Assembly (NCBI GenBank): GCA_034669905.1
Contig: JAXMOL010000016.1
Coordinates: 78,358 to 142,357 of the forward strand
DNA length: 64,000 nt
DNA from: Candidatus Hydrogenedentota bacterium
Lineage (GTDB): Bacteria > Hydrogenedentota > Hydrogenedentia > Hydrogenedentales > JAEUWI01
Reading direction: 5' to 3'
This document shows positions 18,936-28,728 of this stretch, piece after piece. The notes under the pieces were generated by a model, which had not been told where the DNA came from, did no database searches, and saw only the letters and a list, made by a program, of their open reading frames with translations. A program made the translations under genes and the position numbers. Numbering within the stretch: position 1 is the first letter of the stretch; every line of letters starts with the position of its first letter.

Positions 18936-19769
18936 TTACGGCTGCCCCACCACCAACGCCTCAACCGACTGTACGATGACCGGATCGAGGCCTATTCCCA
19001 GCGACTGACACCGGGACGCCGCCACCTGGGCCGCCGCACCGTCACCCGCCGCCACATAGGCCGAGACCAGCCCCTGATTCACCGACGCATTTTCGGGCAC
19101 CAGGGTGCGGGCACGTTCCCACGTGGCAATGGCCTGGTCTACTTGCTTCAAGCTGAAATAACAATAGCCCATGCGGTAGGTATTGGCCGCCACGTCCCGG
19201 TCGGCCTCAATAAGCGTTGTATAGACCGGGATCGCTTCCGCGTACGCTTCCAGCCCATAGAGCAGGGCCACGTAGGCATCGGCGTAGTCCAGGTTGTTGG
19301 GCTCCAGGGCATAGAGCTTTTCATAGCACCACCGCATGCGGTCCCAATCTTCCATCAACTCCGAAACGATGGCCAGGTTGCTCAGGGTCTGCTTGTCGGC
19401 GGGGTTAATATCAATGGCCCGGGCATAGGCGCCGGTGGCCGCTTTCAGGTTCCCCATCTTCCGCAGGGTCAGCCCCAGGTTGGCATAGGCATCGGCATAA
19501 TCGGGCTTGAGTTGGACCGCCTTCTGATAGGCCACATAGGCATCCTGGTTACGCCCCATATCCAACAGCGCATTTCCCAAACGATAGAAGAGCTCGGGAT
19601 TCTCCGGGGATTTTGCCACCTCGCCCTGATAATGACGGACCCGCTCCGCGACCCCCTGCGCTTCGGGATTATAGACTTCTTCCTCGTCGGGAGTCGTCTG
19701 GCAGGCACTCAGAATCAGCAAACAGAGACCCAGCACCAGTGGATAGCGTATCGAATAAACAGTCCCCAT
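18936..19769 (-). CDS. tetratricopeptide-repeat lipoprotein
   Basis: LSAC lipobox and several TPR units (AYQKAVQLKPDYADAYANLG). Confidence 0.9.
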   Translation of the reverse strand: MGTVYSIRYPLVLGLCLLILSACQTTPDEEEVYNPEAQGVAERVRHYQGEVAKSPENPELFYRLGNALLDMGRNQDAYVAYQKAVQLKPDYADAYANLGLTLRKMGNLKAATGAYARAIDINPADKQTLSNLAIVSELMEDWDRMRWCYEKLYALEPNNLDYADAYVALLYGLEAYAEAIPVYTTLIEADRDVAANTYRMGYCYFSLKQVDQAIATWERARTLVPENASVNQGLVSAYVAAGDGAAAQVAASRCQSLGIGLDPVIVQSVEALVVGQP

Positions 19770-19945
19770 GGGGCCCCTTTCTGTGTGGCGTTGTGCGTAT
19801 CAGCTAGACATGGAAACGCACCGGATTATATCATAGGGGGAACTTCCCGCCGGTATTTTGGATTAGGTTTCCACAACCATGCCCCAACACTACCGGCAGC
19901 CCCGGCACCGTAAGACTCCCGTGCCACACCAAAGCAGGACTATTC

Positions 19946-20962
19946 ATGAGCAATCCCCATGTCGCCGTCTTTATGGGCGGACGCAGTGAAGAACACGACG
20001 TATCCCTCCGCTCCGGAGCGGGTGTCGTCAAGGCCCTCCAGGCCGAATCCTACACGGTCAGTACCGTGGTCATCGGCCGCGACGGGCAGTGGAAAATCAA
20101 CGATGACGCCCCCGCTGCGCCGTCTTCCGCCATCGCTGCCCTCGACGGCATGGATATCGCCTGCGCCTTCGTCGCCCTCCACGGGCCCTACGGCGAAGAT
20201 GGTCGTATTCAGGGGCTCTTCGATATGATCGACATGGCCTATACGGGCTCCAACTGCTCCGCCAGCGCCCTCGCCATGGACAAGGTCCGGTGTAAGGCCG
20301 TGGTCTCCGCCCAGGGCATCCGCGTCGCCGGCCATTTGGGACTGGACCGCCCCACCTGGGCCATCGACTCGGGCCAGGTGATGGAAGTAGTGGAAAAAGA
20401 CATCGGCTTCCCCTGTGTCATCAAGGCGGTCTCCCAGGGCTCCAGCAAGGGCATTGCCATCTGCCAGAGCATCCTCACCTTTCGCCAGGACATGGAACGC
20501 ATCCTGGATGTGGAAGACTATGTCATGGTGGAAGCCTTCGTGAAGGGCACGGAAGTCACCTGCTCCGTGCTGGATGCCGATGCCAGCGGCCGCATGCGCC
20601 CCTTACCCGTCACGGAAATCTGCCCCAAGACATCGTCTTTCTTCGACTATGAGGCCAAGTACACCCCCGGTGCCACCGACGAGATTACGCCGGCACGCAT
20701 CGCCCCCGACATGACCGACCTGGTCATGGACATGGCCGTCCATGTGCATGAGGTGGTGGGGTGTAGCGGCTGGAGCCGCAGTGACTTTATCATCGACGAC
20801 GACGGTCCGGTCTGGATTGAGGTCAACACCATTCCCGGATTGACCGAGACATCCCTGTTCCCCCAGGCCGCCGAAGCGGCGGGCATCAGCTATAATAAAC
20901 TGATCGTCGCCCTCGTGGACGATGCCATACGGCGTGACGAAATTAAAAAAGGCCGGGTTTAG
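19946..20962 (+). CDS. ddl: D-alanine--D-alanine ligase
   Basis: [39 protein letters not shown] omega loop, EVNTIPGLTETSLFP. Confidence 0.96.
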   Translation: MSNPHVAVFMGGRSEEHDVSLRSGAGVVKALQAESYTVSTVVIGRDGQWKINDDAPAAPSSAIAALDGMDIACAFVALHGPYGEDGRIQGLFDMIDMAYTGSNCSASALAMDKVRCKAVVSAQGIRVAGHLGLDRPTWAIDSGQVMEVVEKDIGFPCVIKAVSQGSSKGIAICQSILTFRQDMERILDVEDYVMVEAFVKGTEVTCSVLDADASGRMRPLPVTEICPKTSSFFDYEAKYTPGATDEITPARIAPDMTDLVMDMAVHVHEVVGCSGWSRSDFIIDDDGPVWIEVNTIPGLTETSLFPQAAEAAGISYNKLIVALVDDAIRRDEIKKGRV

Positions 20963-21026
20963 TGGTTTGATTATAGGTATAGAGGAGTTTCTTTTGCCAA
21001 AGTAGTTCATTCAACCCGCCGAACAA

Positions 21027-21109
21027 TTCCCCTCCTGGGAGGGGTCAGGGGTGGGTTTGCGACGCTTTTTGTGACATGACCCACCCCCAGCCCCTCCAAG
21101 GAGGAGAGT
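21027..21109. repeat. palindromic element family C, second copy
   Basis: Its arms are the reverse complement of 18331-18412 with few substitutions; the central loop differs. Confidence 0.88.
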
Positions 21110-21228
21110 ATATTTTAGAATTGGGTCCATTCTTCTCAGCAACTTAATGGCCCATTGGCATGATTCAGAGCACTAGCCCCCAAGCCCCCTGTCCCCCAAT
21201 GTACGAATTCAAGAGAAAGTAATTCACC

Positions 21229-22080
21229 ATGAGCATTCACTTCACCAAACTCCACGGCCTGGGCAATGACTACCACTTCATCGAAGCCGACAAGTACCCC
21301 GGCGTCGATTGGCCCGAGCTTTCCCGGCAGATGAGCCACCGCCACCTGGGTGCAGGTTCGGACGGCATTATCCTCATCGAGCCCGGTAAAGAACACGACT
21401 TCGCCATGCGGATCTTCAATGCCGACGGCAGCGAAGCCGAAACCTGTGGCAATGGCATCCGCTGCTTCGCCAAGTATGTCTTCGAGCGGGGCCTGACGGA
21501 CAAGACCGAGTTTGTCATCGAAACCCTGGCCGGTCCCAACGGCGTGGTCTTAAAGGTGGAAGACAAGACGGTGGTCTCGGTGCGCTCTAACATGGGCAAG
21601 CCCAAGTTTGAGCGGGCCGAAATCCCCATGCTCGGTGCTCCCGGCGAGGTGAAGGAAGAAGCCCTCGAAGTCGGCGGCACGACCATGCACGTCACCTGCG
21701 CCAACATCGGCAACCCCCACGCCGTTTTCTTTGTCGAAGATGCCACGGCCATCAACCTGACCGATATCGGACCCAAGGTCGAACAACACCCCAGCTTTCC
21801 CGAGCGCACCAATGTGGAATTCGTCAACGTCATCGACCGCGACAATATCGTCATGCGCATCTGGGAACGGGGCAGTGGCATCACCATGGCCAGCGGCAGT
21901 GGCTCCTGCGGGGCCTCCCTCGCCGCCATGATTACCGACCGGGTCAACCGCCGGGTCAACGTCCACCTGGTGTTTGGGGTCTTGACCATCGAATGGGCCG
22001 AAGACGGCTGTGTCTACCAGGAAGGCCCCGCGACGGAAGCCTACAGTGGCACCTGGGATCACGAAATCCCCATGGTCTAG
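21229..22080 (+). CDS. dapF: diaminopimelate epimerase family protein (second catalytic Cys is Ser)
   Basis: FTKLHGLGNDY, IFNADGSEAETCGNGIRC, GNPHAV, FPERTNVEFV, WERGSGITMASGSG. Confidence 0.92.
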   Translation: MSIHFTKLHGLGNDYHFIEADKYPGVDWPELSRQMSHRHLGAGSDGIILIEPGKEHDFAMRIFNADGSEAETCGNGIRCFAKYVFERGLTDKTEFVIETLAGPNGVVLKVEDKTVVSVRSNMGKPKFERAEIPMLGAPGEVKEEALEVGGTTMHVTCANIGNPHAVFFVEDATAINLTDIGPKVEQHPSFPERTNVEFVNVIDRDNIVMRIWERGSGITMASGSGSCGASLAAMITDRVNRRVNVHLVFGVLTIEWAEDGCVYQEGPATEAYSGTWDHEIPMV

Positions 22081-22111
22081 GGGGCGGAATTGGATCGGAA
22101 GGGCACACGCG

Positions 22112-22376
22112 CTCGTTACCACGGTCCTCCGTGGTAATGCCTACGGTTCCGCTCCTGCGGGACAGGGTCAGCGAAGTCTTTTCCCACTCGTTACCACGGT
22201 CCCCCGTGGTAATGCCTACGGTTCCGCTCCTGCGGGACAGGGTCAGCGCGGTGGATGTAGGTTGCCGAGGCCGACCGGCCGGGATCCCTCGCCTTCGGCG
22301 TTGCCGCAGTAGCGGCAAGGTCTGCATTCCTACGGAGGACCGTAGGAACGAGCTCGTTTCCCACTCGTTACCACGG
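22112..22376. repeat. REP-like cluster family D
   Basis: 62-nt direct repeat at 22112-22173 and 22187-22248 (one mismatch), an inverted REP at 22324-22352 and a partial copy at 22357-22376. Confidence 0.9.
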
Positions 22377-22478
22377 AAGCGATAAGGCCTGCAAAGGACC
22401 TGAACGACGAAAACGACCTGAAGGACTAAGGCGCCTAAGGCCCGCACATCGCCGTGCTCAGGCTTCTGGTCCTTTTCC

Positions 22479-23648
22479 CTATGACAGAGCGGGCGACGTG
22501 TTGATCCACACCTGGACCCGGGCCGCTTCCAGGTTTTCCCGGGCCTCGGTGGCGGTTTCGCCCGTGGCCAGGATATAGCCTCCCCGCTCCCGGGAAGGCC
22601 GGTCGACCACGTGGCTCAGAATGTCTCCCTCCTTCGCCGCGATGTGGACCGCCTCCACGCCCCGTAGCTGGCGGGCAGACACGACCCCTTCGAGACTGGT
22701 AACGACGCCACTCCGGGTCAACAGCCATGTCAGCGCCGCACCGCGATCGCGGGTGCGCGCCAGGGTGGGCTTACGCCCGAGGGCACATTCCATTGCGGCC
22801 CGATACAGGTCTACGCCCTGGGAGTGCAGCACAACCGCCCGCACATCGGAACCAATGGCCGCAGGCGCCTGGAGATCGGTCAGGACCAGCTCTCCATCGT
22901 GACAAACAAACTCCATTTCCACGTAGCCCCACCCCGAGGGCAACGCGGCATTCACTCCTTCAGACTGAGTGAATATTTCCGTGTAGGCCTGGCCCGTCCG
23001 CTTGACGGGCATAATGAGGCTCAGGGGTACCCGATACACCGACGACGTGACCGATTCCTCCAGCACGTCAAAGGGCAGGAGTTCCGCACCGGCCTTGAAG
23101 GCCAGGAGACGATAGATGGTACCTTCCACGGCAGGCTGAATTCGCAGGCGCCCATCGACCCGACGCTTCCGCAACTTGTTCAGGGCCAGCGACAAATCGC
23201 TTGTATGCTCCACCCGCATACACGACGTATCGCCGTCGGCGCAGGGCGTACGCACCCAACTGGGGATAGGGAGGCTCTCGCTGCTTTGCGCGGCTATCTG
23301 AGAAAGCGTCTCCACGGTAAAGGTCTGTGCATTGGGAACCAGCTTCGGATAGCCCTCACAATCCATTTCCAGGTGGGGCCAGCCGAATCGTGCGGCCAGG
23401 GAGCCGATGCACTCCCGGTAGCGGGCGTCTGCAACCCAGACTCCCGCGAGGGTCGCGGCCTTCAACCCCGCCATGACATGCAGTTCATCATGGGAAAAAT
23501 CGATGGATAGCACCGAAACACCTTCCGGCAATTCCCGAGTGCAGGGCTCATCAAGTAAGAGCACCAGGGCGACGCCCAATCCCTCACCGATTGCAGCGAT
23601 CCCATCCAGGTCTGCCGGCATGCCGGCTATGCCCAATTTGGTCCTCAT
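22479..23648 (-). CDS. degenerate ATP-grasp / L-amino-acid-ligase-like protein
   Basis: P.WVRTP...G, IQPAVEG and GYVEMEF...GELVL segments align with the ATP-grasp layout. C-terminal GD.......RGGYILATGETATEA resembles the L-amino acid ligase C2 domain. Confidence 0.7.
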   Translation of the reverse strand: MRTKLGIAGMPADLDGIAAIGEGLGVALVLLLDEPCTRELPEGVSVLSIDFSHDELHVMAGLKAATLAGVWVADARYRECIGSLAARFGWPHLEMDCEGYPKLVPNAQTFTVETLSQIAAQSSESLPIPSWVRTPCADGDTSCMRVEHTSDLSLALNKLRKRRVDGRLRIQPAVEGTIYRLLAFKAGAELLPFDVLEESVTSSVYRVPLSLIMPVKRTGQAYTEIFTQSEGVNAALPSGWGYVEMEFVCHDGELVLTDLQAPAAIGSDVRAVVLHSQGVDLYRAAMECALGRKPTLARTRDRGAALTWLLTRSGVVTSLEGVVSARQLRGVEAVHIAAKEGDILSHVVDRPSRERGGYILATGETATEARENLEAARVQVWINTSPALS

Positions 23649-23835
23649 GGCTGTCCTCACATTCCCACGGGTTCCCCTGAGAAGCCTCCTGTGCCCCACA
23701 CCATACACAATCCGGCAATGCTGTTGCAGCATGAACCACCGTTTTCCCGCACGAATGGCTTTATGCTACCATGACACCACTTCACCGTTTAATAGAATAT
23801 TCGTTAGAACAGGACTTCCCAACCGGAGTTACTCT

Positions 23836-25566
23836 ATGCGCACCGTCACCTCTTCGCTTACCCTGTGGACGACCCTCTGCCTCGCCGCCCTGGCCCTGAA
23901 CGGGTGCGGTGGCCCTACCGAAACATCCGGCAATTCGGAAGCCCCGAAAACTATCGATGGCGGTACGGATGCGCCCGATCAGCAGGATGGCGCACCGGAA
24001 GTGGCGGAAGGTGGTCCCGTGGAAGGCGACTGGATTGTCATCCGGCTGAATGCGGAGCCTTCCACCCTGAACCCCCACCTGGAGGCGGCCGGCGCCTATA
24101 CCCAGCGGATTATCGGTGGCAACGGCGGAAACATCTTCGAAACCCTGCTCACGATGGACAACGAGACGCTGGAGTTTGCGCCGCTCATTGCCGAGCGCTG
24201 GGAAGCCTCCGAAGATCACCTCTCCTACACCTTTTACCTGCGAAAAGACGTGACCTTCTCCGACGGCGTGCCCCTCACGGCCCACGATGTACTGTTTACT
24301 TATGAGGCCATTCAGAATCCGGCCAACGATTGTGCCGACCGCCGCAGCTACCTGACCGATGTGGAATCTGCCGAAGTGCTGGATGACCACACCATTCAAT
24401 TTAAGGTCAGCAAACCGTACTTCTTGAACCTGCAGGTGCTGGGAAGTATTGAGATTCTTCCCAGGCATATCTACGGCGAGGGCGAATTCAACACCCATCC
24501 CGCCAATCGCGCGCCCGTGGGCAGTGGCACCTACACGGTCAAGCAGTGGGACACAGGCCAACGCATTATTATCTCCAAGCGCGCTGATTACTGGGGCGAA
24601 AAGAAACCCTGGGTCAATGAAATCCATTATAAGATCATTACCGACGACAACGCGGCCGTTCAGCTCTTGCGCCGCCAGGAGCTCGACGAACTGCGCATGT
24701 CATCGGAACAGTGGGTGCGCCAGGCCACCAAGCCAGAAATCGCCGACCATTACCAGCGCATTACCCTCTACTCGCCGGTGGACGGCTATGCCGGTTCCTT
24801 CGGTTGGATTGGGTGGAATGCCCAGCGCCCTTATTTCTCTGACAAACGGGTGCGTCGGGCCATGACCATGCTTCTCGACCGGGACACCATTGGGGAAACG
24901 ATTTACCACGGCCTCGTGCGGGTGGTGACGGGCTCCATGTTCCCCGACTCCCCTTCCTATGACCAAAGCATCGAACCCTGGCCCTTCGACCCGGAAGGAG
25001 CCTACAAACTACTGGACGAAGCCGGCTGGGTCGACTCCGATCAGGACGGTATCCGGGACAAAGACGGGGTGCCTTTCCGCTTCCAGTGGATTTTCCCGTC
25101 GGGTTCTCCCGAGTATGAGCAATTGGCCACGGTCTTCAAAGAAGAGCTGGACAAGGCCGGTGTCGACGTGACCCTCCGCCCGCTGGAATGGGCCACCTTC
25201 CTGGAAAGCGTCACCAAGCGCAGCTTTGACGCGTGCAGCATGGCGTGGGTCAGCCCCTACCTTTCCGACCCCTATCAAATCTGGCACTCCAGCCAGACGG
25301 AAAAGGGCTCCAACTACGTGAGCTTCATCAATGAAGAAGCCGACCAGCTCATTGTGGATGCACGGACCGAGTTCGACAAAGAGAAGCGAGACGCCATGTA
25401 CCGCCGCTTCCACGCCATCCTTCACGAAGAGCAGCCCTACACCTTCCTTTACAACTCGAAACGCAAGGTGGTGATCTCCAATCGCTTTCAAAACGTCACA
25501 CCCTATACCCTGGGCTTTGACATGCGCGAGTGGTGGGTCCCTGTCGCAGAGCAACGCTATAAATAA
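23836..25566 (+). CDS. oppA: peptide ABC transporter substrate-binding lipoprotein (family 5)
   Basis: LNGC lipobox, LRKDVTFSDGVPLTAHDV, PVGSGTY, DKRVRRA and LLDEAGW motifs. Confidence 0.93.
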   Translation: MRTVTSSLTLWTTLCLAALALNGCGGPTETSGNSEAPKTIDGGTDAPDQQDGAPEVAEGGPVEGDWIVIRLNAEPSTLNPHLEAAGAYTQRIIGGNGGNIFETLLTMDNETLEFAPLIAERWEASEDHLSYTFYLRKDVTFSDGVPLTAHDVLFTYEAIQNPANDCADRRSYLTDVESAEVLDDHTIQFKVSKPYFLNLQVLGSIEILPRHIYGEGEFNTHPANRAPVGSGTYTVKQWDTGQRIIISKRADYWGEKKPWVNEIHYKIITDDNAAVQLLRRQELDELRMSSEQWVRQATKPEIADHYQRITLYSPVDGYAGSFGWIGWNAQRPYFSDKRVRRAMTMLLDRDTIGETIYHGLVRVVTGSMFPDSPSYDQSIEPWPFDPEGAYKLLDEAGWVDSDQDGIRDKDGVPFRFQWIFPSGSPEYEQLATVFKEELDKAGVDVTLRPLEWATFLESVTKRSFDACSMAWVSPYLSDPYQIWHSSQTEKGSNYVSFINEEADQLIVDARTEFDKEKRDAMYRRFHAILHEEQPYTFLYNSKRKVVISNRFQNVTPYTLGFDMREWWVPVAEQRYK

Positions 25567-25582
25567 TTCGCCCCAATAAAGG

Positions 25583-26584
25583 TTGTACTCCTTGCGTACT
25601 TATTTGATACGACGAATGCTGCTGATTATCCCGACCTTTATCGGGATAAGCCTCATTACCTTTATCATCGTCCAGATGGCACCGGGCAGTCCTATCTTCC
25701 TGAAGCTGCACAAGGCCGGTGGGGCCGGGGGCAGTGCCGTGACCCAGGAAGCCATCGAGCAGACGAAGAAGCTCTACGGCCTGGATAAGCCCCTGCCCGT
25801 GCGCTATGTGCTCTGGCTCGGCAAACTGGTCACCCTCGACTTTGGAGACTCCTACAAGGATCACCGACCGGTCCTGGAAAAGATCGGAGAAACCCTCCCG
25901 ATCACGATTCAGCTGAATCTAACGGCCCTCTTCCTGATCTATCTGATCGCCATTCCCCTCGGTGTCTATTCGGCCACCCATCAACACAGTCTGGGCGACA
26001 CCCTGGTCACGCTGGTCTTGTTTATCCTCTACAGCCTCCCCAGTTTCTGGGTGGCCATGTTGCTCATGTATTTCCTCTGCGGCGGCGCCCACCTCAACCT
26101 CTTTCCGGCGGCAGGTGTCAGCTCCTACGATGCCGATTCCCTCGGATGGGCCGCCTGGCTCTGGGACCGCGTCTGGCACCTCATCCTCCCGGTGGGCTGC
26201 CTCAGTTATGCGGGCTTCGCCGGTCTATCCCGCTACACCCGTGCCGGCCTTATCGAAACCATTCGGCAGGATTACGTGCGGACGGCCCGGGCCTATGGCT
26301 TCAGCGAGCGCACTATCATCTATCGCTATGCGCTGCGCAATTCGCTGATTCCCATCATCACCCTGCTCGGTGCGCTGATTCCTTCGCTCATTGGCGGCAG
26401 TGTCATCATCGAAAGCATCTTCTCCATTCCGGGCATGGGCAAGCTGGCCTTTGAGGCCATCCTCTCCCGGGACTATCCCCTCATCATGGGCATCCTCTCC
26501 ATAACGGCGATGCTGACCCTGGTGGGCCTCATACTTTCCGATATTCTCTATGCCATGGTAGACCCCCGCATTAAATTCAGCTAG
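25583..26584 (+). CDS. oppB: peptide ABC transporter permease
   Basis: YLIRRMLLIIPT, GLDKPLPVRY, DYVRTARAYG EAA loop, DPRI. Confidence 0.93.
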   Translation: MYSLRTYLIRRMLLIIPTFIGISLITFIIVQMAPGSPIFLKLHKAGGAGGSAVTQEAIEQTKKLYGLDKPLPVRYVLWLGKLVTLDFGDSYKDHRPVLEKIGETLPITIQLNLTALFLIYLIAIPLGVYSATHQHSLGDTLVTLVLFILYSLPSFWVAMLLMYFLCGGAHLNLFPAAGVSSYDADSLGWAAWLWDRVWHLILPVGCLSYAGFAGLSRYTRAGLIETIRQDYVRTARAYGFSERTIIYRYALRNSLIPIITLLGALIPSLIGGSVIIESIFSIPGMGKLAFEAILSRDYPLIMGILSITAMLTLVGLILSDILYAMVDPRIKFS

Positions 26585-26649
26585 GACCCGGACCTTGATG
26601 TATCCATTGCCCCATCGATTCACATGCCCCATGGCGGGAGGGACGCCCC

Positions 26650-27651
26650 ATGGCTGATCAGTCCCACAAGAGCCAGGGATATTGGCGGCTCGTCTGGCGA
26701 CAGTTCAAACAGCGCAAGCTGGCACTGGCTTCTGTTGTACTCCTGGCCGTGCTGTGTTTTGTCGGGCTCATTGCGCCCTTCCTCGCGGGCGAAGTCCCCA
26801 TCTATCTGGAGAAGGATGACAAGAGCTACCTCCTCCCCAATGTCTTTTCCTACACCGACCTCGTGTCCTTCAGCTTTGACGGCTGGGAGCCGGGTCCCGA
26901 TGACACCGCCATCCGGCCCCTTATCCCCTACGCGCCGGAGCGCTCCAACCTCCGCCATCGACTGGAGCCCCCCTCCGCCGAGCACTGGTTGGGCACCGAT
27001 GACCGGGGACGGGACGTCATGAGCCGCATCATCTGGGGCACCCGCATTTCCATGACGGTCGGGGTGGTCGCCATGGGTATTGCCGTGCTGATTGGGGTCA
27101 TTGCGGGAAGTCTCGCCGGCTACTATGGGGGCGCGGTGGATGCCACCATCCTGCGCATCATCGAAGTGGTGCTCTGCTTCCCCACCTTTATCCTCATCTT
27201 ATCGCTCATCGCCTTTTTGGACCCCAGCATCTATAACATCATGATCGCCATCGGCCTCACCCGTTGGCCCGATGTGGCCCGGCTGGTCCGGGGCGAATTC
27301 CTCAAGCTGCGCTCAGCCGACTTCACCACCGCCGCACGGGCGACCGGATTGAGCGACATGCGGGTCATGTTTCGCCACCTCCTGCCCAACGCCCTGGCGC
27401 CCGTCCTCGTGGCGGCTACCTTTGGTGTGGCCGGGGCCATCCTCACGGAATCGGCCCTGAGCTTCCTGGGCTTCGGCGTTCCACCGCCCACGGCGAGTTG
27501 GGGTGAAATCCTCAAACAATCCAAAGAGAATGTCGAGTTTGCCTATTGGCTGGTCATCTTTCCCGGCATCGCTATCTTTATGACGGTCACCGCCTTTAAC
27601 CTGGCGGGTGAAGGCCTCCGTGATGCCATGGACCCCCGACTGAGACAATAG
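26650..27651 (+). CDS. oppC: peptide ABC transporter permease
   Basis: HWLGTDDRGRD, RHLLPN, ESALSFLGFG and GEGLRDAMDPR motifs. Confidence 0.93.
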   Translation: MADQSHKSQGYWRLVWRQFKQRKLALASVVLLAVLCFVGLIAPFLAGEVPIYLEKDDKSYLLPNVFSYTDLVSFSFDGWEPGPDDTAIRPLIPYAPERSNLRHRLEPPSAEHWLGTDDRGRDVMSRIIWGTRISMTVGVVAMGIAVLIGVIAGSLAGYYGGAVDATILRIIEVVLCFPTFILILSLIAFLDPSIYNIMIAIGLTRWPDVARLVRGEFLKLRSADFTTAARATGLSDMRVMFRHLLPNALAPVLVAATFGVAGAILTESALSFLGFGVPPPTASWGEILKQSKENVEFAYWLVIFPGIAIFMTVTAFNLAGEGLRDAMDPRLRQ

Positions 27652-27684
27652 CCTCCAACCTGGAAAGCACAACCGGAAGCGCAC

Positions 27685-28728
27685 ATGACGCATCGCGATG
27701 AACCCATACTTCAGGTAAAAAACCTGAAGACCTATTTCAAGACCGATCAGGGTCTGGCGAAAGCGGTGGACGATGTTTCTTTCTCCCTTTCCGCCGGGAC
27801 CACCCTGTCGGTCGTGGGCGAGAGTGGCTGTGGAAAAAGCGTCACCGCCCTTTCCGTCATGGGCCTGGTCCCCCAACCGCCGGGCGTCAAGGCGGGTGGC
27901 CAGATTCTCTTCGAGGGCCGCGATCTCCTGACCCTCCCCGAGCGCGAACTTCGCGCCATCCGCGGCAACGATATCTCCATGATTTTCCAGGAACCCATGA
28001 CCTCCATGAATCCCGTCTTCCGCGTCGGGCATCAATTGAGTGCGGCCATCCGGCTCCATCGTGGCTTAAACAAGTTGGATGCCCGCAAGGAGTCCATCCG
28101 CTTATTGGCCCAGGTCGGCATTCCCGCACCCGAGCGGCGGGTCGACGACTACCCCCACCAGATGTCGGGCGGTATGTTGCAGCGGGCCATGATTGCCATG
28201 GCCCTGGCCTGTGACCCCAAAGTATTGATCGCCGACGAGCCCACTACCGCATTGGACGTCACCATTCAGGCCCAGATTCTGGAGTTGCTCCGGAAATTGC
28301 AGGCCGAGCGCGGCATGGCCATTCTGCTGATCACCCACGACCTTGGCGTCGTGGCGGAAAACGCCGATGAAGTCGTGGTCATGTATGCGGGCAAGAAAGT
28401 GGAGCACGCGCCTGTCGCCGAACTATTCACGTCGCCCCGACACCCTTACACCCTGGGACTCTTCGCCGCGCTTCCCAGCATACAGAAAGCACGCGAGAAG
28501 CTTTACGTCATCAAAGGCAACGTCCCTGCAGCCACCCAGTTTCCTGCCGGCTGTCGCTTCAATAACCGCTGCCCCTATGCCCAGGACCGGTGTGGCGACG
28601 AAGAGCCTCCGTACGAAATCATCCCGGGCGCCTCGACCCATGGCGTTGGCTGTTGGGAATACCAGAACATCCCCGCCCAGGGCCCGGACACCCTGGCCAA
28701 TACCGGAGCCGCCGATCATCATGGCTGA
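27685..28728 (+). CDS. oppD: peptide ABC transporter ATP-binding protein
   Basis: GESGCGKS Walker [18 protein letters not shown]-terminal GCRF..RC. Confidence 0.94.
   Translation: MTHRDEPILQVKNLKTYFKTDQGLAKAVDDVSFSLSAGTTLSVVGESGCGKSVTALSVMGLVPQPPGVKAGGQILFEGRDLLTLPERELRAIRGNDISMIFQEPMTSMNPVFRVGHQLSAAIRLHRGLNKLDARKESIRLLAQVGIPAPERRVDDYPHQMSGGMLQRAMIAMALACDPKVLIADEPTTALDVTIQAQILELLRKLQAERGMAILLITHDLGVVAENADEVVVMYAGKKVEHAPVAELFTSPRHPYTLGLFAALPSIQKAREKLYVIKGNVPAATQFPAGCRFNNRCPYAQDRCGDEEPPYEIIPGASTHGVGCWEYQNIPAQGPDTLANTGAADHHG

Noticed and set aside
22112..22376. Possible CRISPR array (palindromic ~29-nt repeats)
   Set aside because: The sequence following the first two repeats is duplicated rather than unique, one copy is inverted, and no cas genes are present. 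This is REP-like instead.
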